Positions 33,485 to 41,944 of a stretch of DNA of 53,079 nucleotides are shown in pieces. Position 1 is the stretch's first letter; each line of letters begins with the position of its first letter. The notes below the pieces were generated by a model, which did no database searches, was not told the DNA's origin, and was given only the letters and a program-made list of their open reading frames with translations. Source of the stretch: an uncultured Spirochaetales bacterium (GTDB taxonomy: Bacteria; Spirochaetota; Spirochaetia; SPDA01; CAZSGZ01); contig CAZSGZ010000001.1 of NCBI GenBank assembly GCA_964606455.1, positions 1 through 53,079 on the forward strand. The letters are read 5' to 3'. A program made the translations under genes and the position numbers.

Positions 33485-34639
33485 ATGGATATACCGCCTT
33501 TTACCGACGCGGACTTCGAAGATATACGTCCATATCGGGATTATGAAATCCGCGGCGTTTTAAACCGAATACGAAGATACCCCTGGATTCTTGCAACCTT
33601 TCGAAGGTACCTGTGGCCGGATACGCCGGTTTTTTTAGAAAAACCGGTTGAAAAAATTCTGCTGTGGTATCTCGGTATGCGGTTGCTTCGGATTCACAAC
33701 GTCGATAATTTCCATAGAAGATTCTTCCGGAAAACGGTCCTGAACGCGATAAAGGACCGGACGATGTCCGAACTCAGCTATTCGAATTTGGACTGCATTG
33801 AGCGAAGGGAAGGCGGTTTGTTTATTTCGAACCACCGGGACATTGTTATCGATTCCGCTTTTTTGGCCTACGGTTTAATGAAAATCAACATGAAAACGCC
33901 TGAAATTGCCTTTGGCGATAATCTCCTGATCAATCCGTTCGTGTCGGACCTTATCAGAATCAACAAAGGTTTTCTTGTACGGAGAAACTTAGCGGTAAAG
34001 GAACAGATTGCCGAGTCCCTCAAACTTTCGAAATATATCTGGTTCACTCTGGCAAACAAACGTTCCATATGGCTGGCCCAGAAGGGAGGCCGTGCGAAGG
34101 ACGGCGATGATAAAACAAATCCTACAATTATCAAAATGATTTATCTTTCGCAGGTAAAGGGAGGGAAGGACTTTTCGAGTTACATCAACGACTGCAGAAT
34201 TTATCCGGTTGCAATATCCTACGAATATGACCCCTGCGATATTATGAAAGCCCGGGAGACATACGCACGGCGCGAAACCGGGACGTATAAGAAAAGCTCC
34301 CGTGAAGACCTTATCAGCATTCTAAAGGGAATTAACGATCCGAAGGGGAGGGTCCGGTACACCTTCTGCCCCTGCCTTGCGGGTACCTGGGAAAGCCCTC
34401 AGCAGGTGGCGGAGGAAATTGACCGGCATATTATCTCCGCCTACCATCTATGGCCGAGCAACTACATTGCGTACGATTTATTCAATCAGCGGGAAACCTA
34501 TGCCGGCCGCTACACTCCCGAAGAGCGGGACGCGTTTCTCCGCCGTTTCCAGCGATTGCCTTCCGGAGAGAGACAAACGGCCTATGAACTGTACGCCCGG
34601 CCGGTTATGAATAAAGAAGCCTGCGGGTTCGATATATGA
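33485..34639 (+). CDS. PlsC/LPLAT-superfamily acyltransferase
   Basis: Block I-like FISNHRDIVIDSAF, FGDNLL and AQKGGRAKDG. 384 aa. Substrate is unknown. Confidence 0.6.
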   Translation: MDIPPFTDADFEDIRPYRDYEIRGVLNRIRRYPWILATFRRYLWPDTPVFLEKPVEKILLWYLGMRLLRIHNVDNFHRRFFRKTVLNAIKDRTMSELSYSNLDCIERREGGLFISNHRDIVIDSAFLAYGLMKINMKTPEIAFGDNLLINPFVSDLIRINKGFLVRRNLAVKEQIAESLKLSKYIWFTLANKRSIWLAQKGGRAKDGDDKTNPTIIKMIYLSQVKGGKDFSSYINDCRIYPVAISYEYDPCDIMKARETYARRETGTYKKSSREDLISILKGINDPKGRVRYTFCPCLAGTWESPQQVAEEIDRHIISAYHLWPSNYIAYDLFNQRETYAGRYTPEERDAFLRRFQRLPSGERQTAYELYARPVMNKEACGFDI

Positions 34640-35313
34640 AAAAATCGGGGAAATCAACTTTTCTCTTTCCGGGCATAGTCCTTTTATTCGCGGTTACTTC
34701 GTGCGATTCCGCTCCGCCGGAACTGCAGCAGGTATACTGGCAGCTGAATGTAAAGGACGATGTCGATATGGACCGGGTGTATGAAGTATTGAGTTTGTGG
34801 GTGCATGCCCGGGATGAAGACGGACAGGATGATCTCGAATATATCTACCTAATTCATGATGAGGCCGAGCTGATGTGGGAATTATCCTCCGAACAGTGGG
34901 CCGCGGCCGGGCAGCAGGGGGAAGAGTGGATTGGGAGCAACAGTATTGTCCGGCCCGATTTAACCGATTTTCCCCGGGGAGAATACCGCATTGTCGTTAT
35001 CGATACCGCGGGGGAGCGGGACGAAGGGAATATCTATATTTCTTTAAAGCAAAACATTACGGAAAAAGCAATACTTCCCTTAGCGTCCGCTGAAAACGGG
35101 GAACTGACAATTTCTGACGCTCCAAACGGTTACACCGTCTGGGGATACAACGAAGCAGGGGAGTTTATCGGTTCGATACAAGACCTGTCCGGCCCGCTTC
35201 CGCTGGAGGAATTGGAAGAGCGGATCCCCGATTTGCGGGAGATGTACATCTATTCCTACGATATTGAGGAAGGCCACGGGCTGCTCAGCGGTCCGTACGA
35301 ATATATTCCCTAG
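34636..35313 (+). CDS. Lipoprotein of unknown function
   Basis: Signal peptide plus lipobox (FAVTSC). ATGA overlap with the acyltransferase stop. No recognisable domain. Confidence 0.6.
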   Translation: MKKSGKSTFLFPGIVLLFAVTSCDSAPPELQQVYWQLNVKDDVDMDRVYEVLSLWVHARDEDGQDDLEYIYLIHDEAELMWELSSEQWAAAGQQGEEWIGSNSIVRPDLTDFPRGEYRIVVIDTAGERDEGNIYISLKQNITEKAILPLASAENGELTISDAPNGYTVWGYNEAGEFIGSIQDLSGPLPLEELEERIPDLREMYIYSYDIEEGHGLLSGPYEYIP

Positions 35314-35359
35314 CCCGCGTTAAAATCGTCGTTTGCCCGGGCGCTCAAAAACGAGTCGC

Positions 35360-36034
35360 TCACTTCGGGACCTCGAAATCGACAACGGTATGTTTGAAGG
35401 CATTGACCACGAGGGTTTCCCGGAAGCGGGTCGTTCTTTTCGCGTTATTGTCGTAGAGATGGATATGGCCGTGGATAAGATACCGGGGGCTGTAGCGCTT
35501 GATAAACGTCATGAACGGACGGAATCCGCGGTGGCACTGGTCAAACTGATCGTGAATGCCTTCCGGCGGGGCGTGGGTAAGAAGGATGTCGAGGTATCTG
35601 CCGTGAACGATACGGTTCCATACAAGCCCGGGAAGCAGCCGGAGCATATACAGCCGCATGCCGAAATTGGTGTACTGGTTTATTCCGTTGTTGTAGCGCA
35701 TGCTCCCGCCGAGCCCCGCGATAAGCATTCCCCGCAGGCGAATGATTTTGCCTCCCGCGTACACGGCGCCGATGCTTTCCTCCCGGAAATCGGAGTGAAA
35801 ATCAGAGCGGTGATACATGTCATGGTATCGATGTTTATAGAGATGGATTTTCGACAGCTTATGGTTGCCGAAGACAAACAGCAGCGGTTTGTTCAGTGAG
35901 GAGACAATAAAACCGTAGTATGAAAGGGGCAGGTCCCCGGCGGCAAGTACAATGTCGATGTCGGAAAAACGTTCTTTTATTCCATTACTGTATACCAGCG
36001 GGTCTATTTCATCGGAAACACAGAGCAGTTTCAT
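35360..36034 (-). CDS. Calcineurin-like metallophosphoesterase
   Basis: Motifs LCVSDE, AGDL, FGNH, LLTHAPP and IHGHIH. Confidence 0.82.
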   Translation of the reverse strand: MKLLCVSDEIDPLVYSNGIKERFSDIDIVLAAGDLPLSYYGFIVSSLNKPLLFVFGNHKLSKIHLYKHRYHDMYHRSDFHSDFREESIGAVYAGGKIIRLRGMLIAGLGGSMRYNNGINQYTNFGMRLYMLRLLPGLVWNRIVHGRYLDILLTHAPPEGIHDQFDQCHRGFRPFMTFIKRYSPRYLIHGHIHLYDNNAKRTTRFRETLVVNAFKHTVVDFEVPK

Positions 36035-36039
36035 TTACA

Positions 36040-37398
36040 TTACAGGTCTGCTTTTTTCAGTATCTGCTGCAGCTGTTCTTTTCCATACAGATCGATGGGC
36101 CTGTTGGATGCAAAATCCACGGCTTTTCGGGAAAAATTTGAGCTGGTAATGATAATCCCCCGGGGAACGTTCTGTGTTTTCATTTCATCGTGGAGGGAGC
36201 GGATGGTGGATTCGGGAATTAATTCGGCCACGCGGAGTAAGCGGACGAGTTTGGGAATTTTCCGGACGTTCCGCATTTTACTTTCAGCCTCGACGCCGAG
36301 AATTTCGCAGCCGTTCGGAATGTCCTTGATGTCCTGCACATTCAGCCCGATAACCGCCGCTATGGATTTACACATCTCGTAAAACTGGTCCATCGGCGCG
36401 GTGTGAAAATCTTTCACATAGTCGTCTGTCCGGATGTCCTGATATTGGCTCAGTTTTTCCGCGACATCCCGAAAGGAAGATTTTTTCGCGTAAATTTCTT
36501 CCCACAGTCCGACGGCTTTGTCGACGTTTCGTGTTTTCTCGTATACATTTGCAAGAAAGTATTTCGCGAAGAGTGTTTCCGCGGAACCCGGGTCGGTTGT
36601 GAGTTTTATGGCCCGTTCCAGTTCGGCCACCGCATTCTCATAGCTCTGGGTGTTCAAATAACAGGCTCCCCGCTCGACCAACGCCTTTATTTTGAATTCG
36701 GGATCGCGCTGGGCTTTTTCAAATGCGTGGAGAGCACCGATATAATCATGTCCGTCCTTCAATAGTTTTCCAATGTAGTAGTAGGCTTTGTAATTCCCGG
36801 GATCGGTATTGATGGCGGCTTCCAGTTCCGCCTTTGCCTCCACCGGCTTTTTGTTTCGGTACAGCAGAAACCCCAGCTTGAAATGGGCCTCCGCGTGACG
36901 GGGTTCGAGCTGGAGGGCCTTCCGGTAGTAATTGAGGGCTTTTTCAGATTTGTCCCGTGCTTCGAACATCTTCCCCGACTTGAAGTAGTATTCGCCATTG
37001 TGCGGTTCCAGTTTAATAAGGAGAAGGTATTCCTTTAAAGCCTCCTCCGGCTGATTGTATTTTTCAAAAAGTGCGGCGATTTTTTCCCTAAACTGCTTTT
37101 CGGGAACCGCCCCGCCGAAATCGCCGATTTGGTTTACCGTTTTGAATTCCATAAGCGCCAATTCAGGCTTGTTGTCCATAAGATATGCCTGGCCGAGCAG
37201 ATAATGTGCCTGCATGCTCCGCGGCTCCTTTGCAAGCATCTGTTTCGCGCCCCGGGTAACCGAAGAGGTTTTTCCCTGTTTCAACATCTGTTCCAGGTTG
37301 GAAAACTTTTTCGGGAGAACAAAGGATTTAATAACGAAAAAACTTATCGCGCCTAGACCTGCGCCGAGAATAATAATGATCAGTATGATCAATGGCAT
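36040..37398 (-). CDS. Membrane-anchored TPR-repeat protein with C-terminal degenerate Mrr_cat (restriction-endonuclease-fold) domain
   Basis: N-terminal TM helix (PLIILIIIILGAGLGAISFFVI) and about 7 TPR-like repeats. The C-terminus aligns by eye to the Mrr_cat layout (FYEMCKSIAAVIGL...NGCEIL...LVRLLRV...RGIIITSSNFSRKA...IDLYGKEQL). Confidence 0.65.
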   Translation of the reverse strand: MPLIILIIIILGAGLGAISFFVIKSFVLPKKFSNLEQMLKQGKTSSVTRGAKQMLAKEPRSMQAHYLLGQAYLMDNKPELALMEFKTVNQIGDFGGAVPEKQFREKIAALFEKYNQPEEALKEYLLLIKLEPHNGEYYFKSGKMFEARDKSEKALNYYRKALQLEPRHAEAHFKLGFLLYRNKKPVEAKAELEAAINTDPGNYKAYYYIGKLLKDGHDYIGALHAFEKAQRDPEFKIKALVERGACYLNTQSYENAVAELERAIKLTTDPGSAETLFAKYFLANVYEKTRNVDKAVGLWEEIYAKKSSFRDVAEKLSQYQDIRTDDYVKDFHTAPMDQFYEMCKSIAAVIGLNVQDIKDIPNGCEILGVEAESKMRNVRKIPKLVRLLRVAELIPESTIRSLHDEMKTQNVPRGIIITSSNFSRKAVDFASNRPIDLYGKEQLQQILKKADL

Positions 37399-37510
37399 TG
37401 CTGTCTCCAGTTGTTACATTAATGAGATTTTATTATACTGTCAAACCTAGGAGAGAAAAATTTTTCAAAAAAGGGAAATTAAAATATTAATTATCTCTAT
37501 TATAATTATT

Positions 37511-38266
37511 ATGGCTGGCGGCATCGGCAGCTTCGCCCTTTCCTTTTTCGAGGAGGGGGAACGGCTTTTCTTGGACAACAAACCGGAAGAAGCCGCGGAA
37601 ATGCTCGAAGCGGCGGTAGGGGAGGACCCTTCCCGGGAAAAGGCCTATATCTATTTAAGCATTATCTATGAAAACGCCGGAGAACATGAAAAAGCGGCGG
37701 ACATACTCGAAGAAGGGCTGCCATACGCGGCAGCGTACGAACCGCAGTTTCACTTCAATTTAGGAAACAATTACTTTGCCCTCGGAAACTTTGAGCAGGC
37801 CGACAAAGCGTATACAGCGGCAATTACAAGCAAATCCGGTTATGCCGAAGCATATCTGAACAGAGCGAATGCCCGGGTACAGCAGACATTGTATAAGGAA
37901 GCGGTTGCCGATTACAATTTGTACTTAAAGCTGAAGCCGAGGACGAAACAGAAACAAAACATTGAACAGGTAATAGATATTCTCACGAAGCGTTTAGCGG
38001 AAGCGGAGCGGCTGAAGCGGGAAGAAGAGAAACGGCTTCGTGATGAAGAGGAACGCAGGAAAGCGGAAGAAGAGCGGAAAGCGGAAGAGGAGCGGCTGGC
38101 ACGTGAAGAAGAAGAACGGCGCCGGGAAGAAGAACGGAAGCGCCAGGAAGCGCTCCTGCAGGAAGTGCTGAAATCGCTCAACGAAGCGGAAGAAGACACT
38201 ACCGATCTGCAGGCGGGTTCCGAAGATATAAAAGAATTTGATGTAGAGCTCGAACTCGAACCATAG
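37511..38266 (+). CDS. TPR-repeat protein with C-terminal E/R/K-rich charged helix
   Basis: TPR repeats are followed by about 60 aa of KREEEKRLRDEEERRKAEEERKAEEERLAREEEERRREEERKRQ. No SD. TATAAT lies at 37501-37506, just upstream of the ATG. Confidence 0.7.
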   Translation: MAGGIGSFALSFFEEGERLFLDNKPEEAAEMLEAAVGEDPSREKAYIYLSIIYENAGEHEKAADILEEGLPYAAAYEPQFHFNLGNNYFALGNFEQADKAYTAAITSKSGYAEAYLNRANARVQQTLYKEAVADYNLYLKLKPRTKQKQNIEQVIDILTKRLAEAERLKREEEKRLRDEEERRKAEEERKAEEERLAREEEERRREEERKRQEALLQEVLKSLNEAEEDTTDLQAGSEDIKEFDVELELEP

Positions 38267-38288
38267 GAACAACCGGGGAGGGGATATC

Positions 38289-40160
38289 ATGGATAAAAAA
38301 TTTCTCATTATTATTATCGCGGTTCTGCTTATTGCCGCCGCAGTTGCGGCGGTCCTGCTGCTGACGGGGAGGGACGGACCCGAAGCGGCCCCTGCCGCTT
38401 CAGCGGAAAAGGATGAAGACGAAGGCAATGACAGGCGGGTACGGGAAAACACGCTGAAACTTGCACGGGATTATATGGAAAGCGGAGAGTATCAGCGCGC
38501 CCTCGACCTTATCGACCAGCTGCTTATTCAGGATTCATCGGACCGGGAAGCGGCGGGGCTTCGGAACGAAATAATTCAGGAAAAAAAGAAAGCGGAAGCG
38601 TCCCGGCGGCAGGAAGAGCTGTCCAAACAGGAAGAGCTGAGTAAAAGTCTGAAGGAACTCGGCAGCAGCCTGGATAACAAAAATGTTGTCCGGGACACCC
38701 AAACGGAGGATGAAAAGAAGCGGGAGGAGGAACGCCTGGCAGCCTTAGATGAAGCCGCCCGGGAAAATGCACGGAAAGCCCGGGAAAATATCGATAAGGG
38801 AATTGAGGAAATGCGGAAGGAAAATTATTCCGAAGCACGGTCCTTTTTTGAAAAAGCGCTGGAGCTCGATCCCGATTCCGGGGAAGCGTATGCCAGGATC
38901 GGAGAGTCCTACTATCTGGAAGACAAGGATAATCCGGAAAATGAACGGCAAGCACTTGTTAATTCCAACAAGGCAATTGAAAAAGACCCGAACTTATGGC
39001 TTCCCCACTATACGCTAGGCCAGATTTACCGGGACAAAAAGAGTTACGATAACGCGATTAAAGAGCTGAAAGAAGCCTCGAGGCTTAACCCAAACGATTA
39101 TCTGCTTCTCTACGACTTAGGCGTGCTGCAGTATCGAACGGAACGGTACAAGGAGGCCCTCCAGACGTTTGAAAGCTGTGTTCATTTACAGCCCGGCTTT
39201 GCGAAGGGGCAGTATTATCTCGGAAAGAGCGCCCAGAAAACCGGAGACCGGAAGAAGGCGTCCTCCGCGTTTCAAAAAACGGTGGCGGCCGATCCCGAGT
39301 TCACCTTGGGATACTACGAGCTCGGGAATATGTCCCGGGAGGACGGCAATTTTTCAGCCGCGGCGCAGGCATATGAAAAAGCGGTCGACCTCGAGCCGGA
39401 GCAATACGTGTTTCGGCTGCAGCTCGGAAGCGTTTTGTACCGGCTGGGGAATTTTGAAGACGCGGCCTACCACTGGAAAAGAGGAGTTGAGGTACGGCCG
39501 GATATGCCGGAGCTTCACTACAACCTGGCATTAGCGGAAATGAACCTTGAAAATTATTCCTCCGCCTTTGATCATGCCGCGAAATCGGTAGAACTGAAAC
39601 CGGAGGCAGCCTATCTTTTTACATTAGGAGAGGCAAGTCAGAAACTCGGCAATATCGCAGGCGCGGTCGCGGCGTATCAAAAGGCAATTCAAATAGACCC
39701 GTCCTATATGAAACCGAGGATAAATTTGGGTCTTATCTACAGCGGGCAGGGGAAGTACGATGAGGCCCTTTCCCAACTCCTGGAAGCGTACAATATCGAT
39801 AAAAATTCATTAGAGGTCAATAACAACTTAGGAAATGTCTACCTGGAGAAGGGACTGTACAAAGACAGCATCCGCCATTACGAGAAGGCCGTTGACGCGG
39901 CCGAGAACGACCCCGATATCCGCTACAATCTCGCGGCGGCGTATATTAAAGACGAACAGTTTGCAAAGGCCCGGGAGGAATTGGCACGGCTGGTACGAAG
40001 TTCACCGACCTATTGGGACGCGTACTATCAGCAGGCGCTGCTGCAGATACAAGAGGGCAACAAGGAGGCCGCGCGAACGATCCTGCAGATGCTCTTGGAA
40101 AAAAATCCGGACTACAAGCGGAAAAGTGAAGTGGAGAAACTCTTGCAGGATGCCGGGTAG
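38289..40160 (+). CDS. Membrane-anchored multi-TPR protein with charged coiled-coil linker
   Basis: N-terminal TM helix (FLIIIIAVLLIAAAVAAVLLL), an E/K/R-rich segment, then more than 10 TPR repeats. Confidence 0.75.
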   Translation: MDKKFLIIIIAVLLIAAAVAAVLLLTGRDGPEAAPAASAEKDEDEGNDRRVRENTLKLARDYMESGEYQRALDLIDQLLIQDSSDREAAGLRNEIIQEKKKAEASRRQEELSKQEELSKSLKELGSSLDNKNVVRDTQTEDEKKREEERLAALDEAARENARKARENIDKGIEEMRKENYSEARSFFEKALELDPDSGEAYARIGESYYLEDKDNPENERQALVNSNKAIEKDPNLWLPHYTLGQIYRDKKSYDNAIKELKEASRLNPNDYLLLYDLGVLQYRTERYKEALQTFESCVHLQPGFAKGQYYLGKSAQKTGDRKKASSAFQKTVAADPEFTLGYYELGNMSREDGNFSAAAQAYEKAVDLEPEQYVFRLQLGSVLYRLGNFEDAAYHWKRGVEVRPDMPELHYNLALAEMNLENYSSAFDHAAKSVELKPEAAYLFTLGEASQKLGNIAGAVAAYQKAIQIDPSYMKPRINLGLIYSGQGKYDEALSQLLEAYNIDKNSLEVNNNLGNVYLEKGLYKDSIRHYEKAVDAAENDPDIRYNLAAAYIKDEQFAKAREELARLVRSSPTYWDAYYQQALLQIQEGNKEAARTILQMLLEKNPDYKRKSEVEKLLQDAG

Positions 40161-40181
40161 ATCCGCGTCCCGTACATCTCT

Positions 40182-41939
40182 CTACACATGTCTGCCGAGG
40201 AGTGAAAAGAGCCTGTCCCTGGTTATGGTGTGCCACACGGGTCTGCCGTGGGGACATCGGGGGACCGGAAGGGCTATAGCTTTTTGTATGAGATCCACGG
40301 CGGCGGCAGTGTCTAACAGGTCTCCGTCCTGGACGGCGGCATGACATGCAAGTTTCGCGTAGAGTTCTTTCCGCAGCAGCTGTTCGTCACCTTTTTCGGA
40401 CACGACAAAGTCGATAATATCGCCGCCGGTTACGCCGGCAAGGGCCGGGACGGCCGTCAGCAGCCAGCGGTTTTCCTCCTCTTCCCGTAATCCGATGCCG
40501 AGGTCCAGGTACACTTCGGCGGCTAAGCGGATACATTCCGAAGTCTCCGGTTCCGTTTCGAACCGTAAGGGGACGAGCAGCTGCTGGGAACGCGGCGGCG
40601 CGGCGCTGATTCGGTCGAAGAGGTACCGCTCGTGTGCCGCGTGCTGATCGATAATGTACAAGGTTTCTCCGACGGAAGCGAGAAGAAACAGAGAAAATAC
40701 CTGTCCGATAAAGCGTACCTCGCCGGGAGACGCGAATGGTGTATCGAAGGCCTGAGGACCCGGGACTTCGGCGGCCGAGTACACCTGCCGCCGTTCCGGT
40801 TTTGGAAAGGTAAACCCGGTCTGCCGGTCTGCAATTGCAGCGGTCGGACCTGCTGCCGCAGCCGAATCGGCTGCAGGGCCGATGCCGGGGGTGCCGGCGC
40901 GACTACCGGTCATCCCGCCGAGGAATTCGAGCAGGGAGGAGCGGATAAAGGTCTGCAGGGTGCGGTGAATACTCCGCGGGTTTTTCAGGCGGACTTCACG
41001 TTTCGCGGGGTGGATATTGAAATCGACCTCCCCCGGGGGGAGAGTAATCAATACGAAGGCGCAGGGAAACCTTCCCTTCGGCAGGTAATCTCCATAGCCG
41101 TATTCAACCGCCTGCAGGAAGGCGTATTCGTCAACCCTGCGGTTGTTGATGTATATGTAGATATACCTTCTGTCCCGGCGGAACAATTCCGGGTGCCCGA
41201 GCAAACAGCGGATGGCAAGGCCGCCGCTTTCAAAATAGCTTTTTTCAATAAGCCCCTTCGGGTCAATTATCCTGGAAAAAAGGCCGCGCCCCCGTTCGAG
41301 AAGCGACGACGGCGGCAGGGAAAGCTGTTCGGTACCGTCGGCAAAAAAGCGAAAGTAAATATCGGTAAAGGGAAGGGCCTTCTCGATAAAAACCTGACGG
41401 CACATTTTCTGTTCCGTCGACGGCTGTTTTAAAAACTGTTTTCTCCCGGGAAGGGAATAAAACAGGTCACGGACGGTTACCGTTGTACCGGGGCGTCCTC
41501 TCGATACACCGTTTTTCCGGACAATTCCGGATTCAACGAGAATACGGCGGGCTTCTTCCCCGAAACCTTCGGCCCTGCTGACGATTTCAAGTCTGCCGGA
41601 AGCCGCAATGCTTGCAAGTGCTTCACCCCGGAAGCCGAGGGAGGTAATTGTCTGCAGGTCCTCGGCGCTGGTCACTTTTGAAGTGGCGTGGGGCAGCACG
41701 GAGAGCTGCAGGTCCTCCGGTGTCATGCCGGAACCGTTATCGACAACCCGGATCTCTTCCGTCCCCCCTTTTCCGATATATACGTCCACCGTGCTGCTTC
41801 CCGCGTCGACTGCATTGTCGATCAATTCCCGCACGACCGACGCCGGCCGGTCGATAACTTCACCTGCCGCGATGCGCTGGTACACCTGTTCCGGCAGGAC
41901 GGTTATGCGCCGGATTCCGTTCCCGTGACTGCTGTCCAT
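40182..41939 (-). CDS. mutL: DNA mismatch repair protein MutL (endonuclease-type)
   Basis: GHKL ATPase N-terminus (IAAGEVIDRPASVVRELIDNAVDAG, VDNGSGM, GFRGEAL). The C-terminal DQHAAHERYLFD resembles the DQHA(X)2E(X)4E nuclease motif. Confidence 0.92.
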   Translation of the reverse strand: MDSSHGNGIRRITVLPEQVYQRIAAGEVIDRPASVVRELIDNAVDAGSSTVDVYIGKGGTEEIRVVDNGSGMTPEDLQLSVLPHATSKVTSAEDLQTITSLGFRGEALASIAASGRLEIVSRAEGFGEEARRILVESGIVRKNGVSRGRPGTTVTVRDLFYSLPGRKQFLKQPSTEQKMCRQVFIEKALPFTDIYFRFFADGTEQLSLPPSSLLERGRGLFSRIIDPKGLIEKSYFESGGLAIRCLLGHPELFRRDRRYIYIYINNRRVDEYAFLQAVEYGYGDYLPKGRFPCAFVLITLPPGEVDFNIHPAKREVRLKNPRSIHRTLQTFIRSSLLEFLGGMTGSRAGTPGIGPAADSAAAAGPTAAIADRQTGFTFPKPERRQVYSAAEVPGPQAFDTPFASPGEVRFIGQVFSLFLLASVGETLYIIDQHAAHERYLFDRISAAPPRSQQLLVPLRFETEPETSECIRLAAEVYLDLGIGLREEEENRWLLTAVPALAGVTGGDIIDFVVSEKGDEQLLRKELYAKLACHAAVQDGDLLDTAAAVDLIQKAIALPVPRCPHGRPVWHTITRDRLFSLLGRHV

Positions 41940-41944
41940 TCCCG

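Noticed and set aside
37990-38160. Short GAAGA/GCGGAA-type nucleotide repeats that superficially look like a repeat array
   Set aside because: They are in-frame codon repeats encoding the E/R/K-rich helix of the TPR protein. They show no spacer/repeat periodicity and are not CRISPR or a satellite.
40161-40181. Expected terminator between the convergent TPR gene and mutL
   Set aside because: The 21-nt gap contains no stem-loop, so nothing can be annotated.
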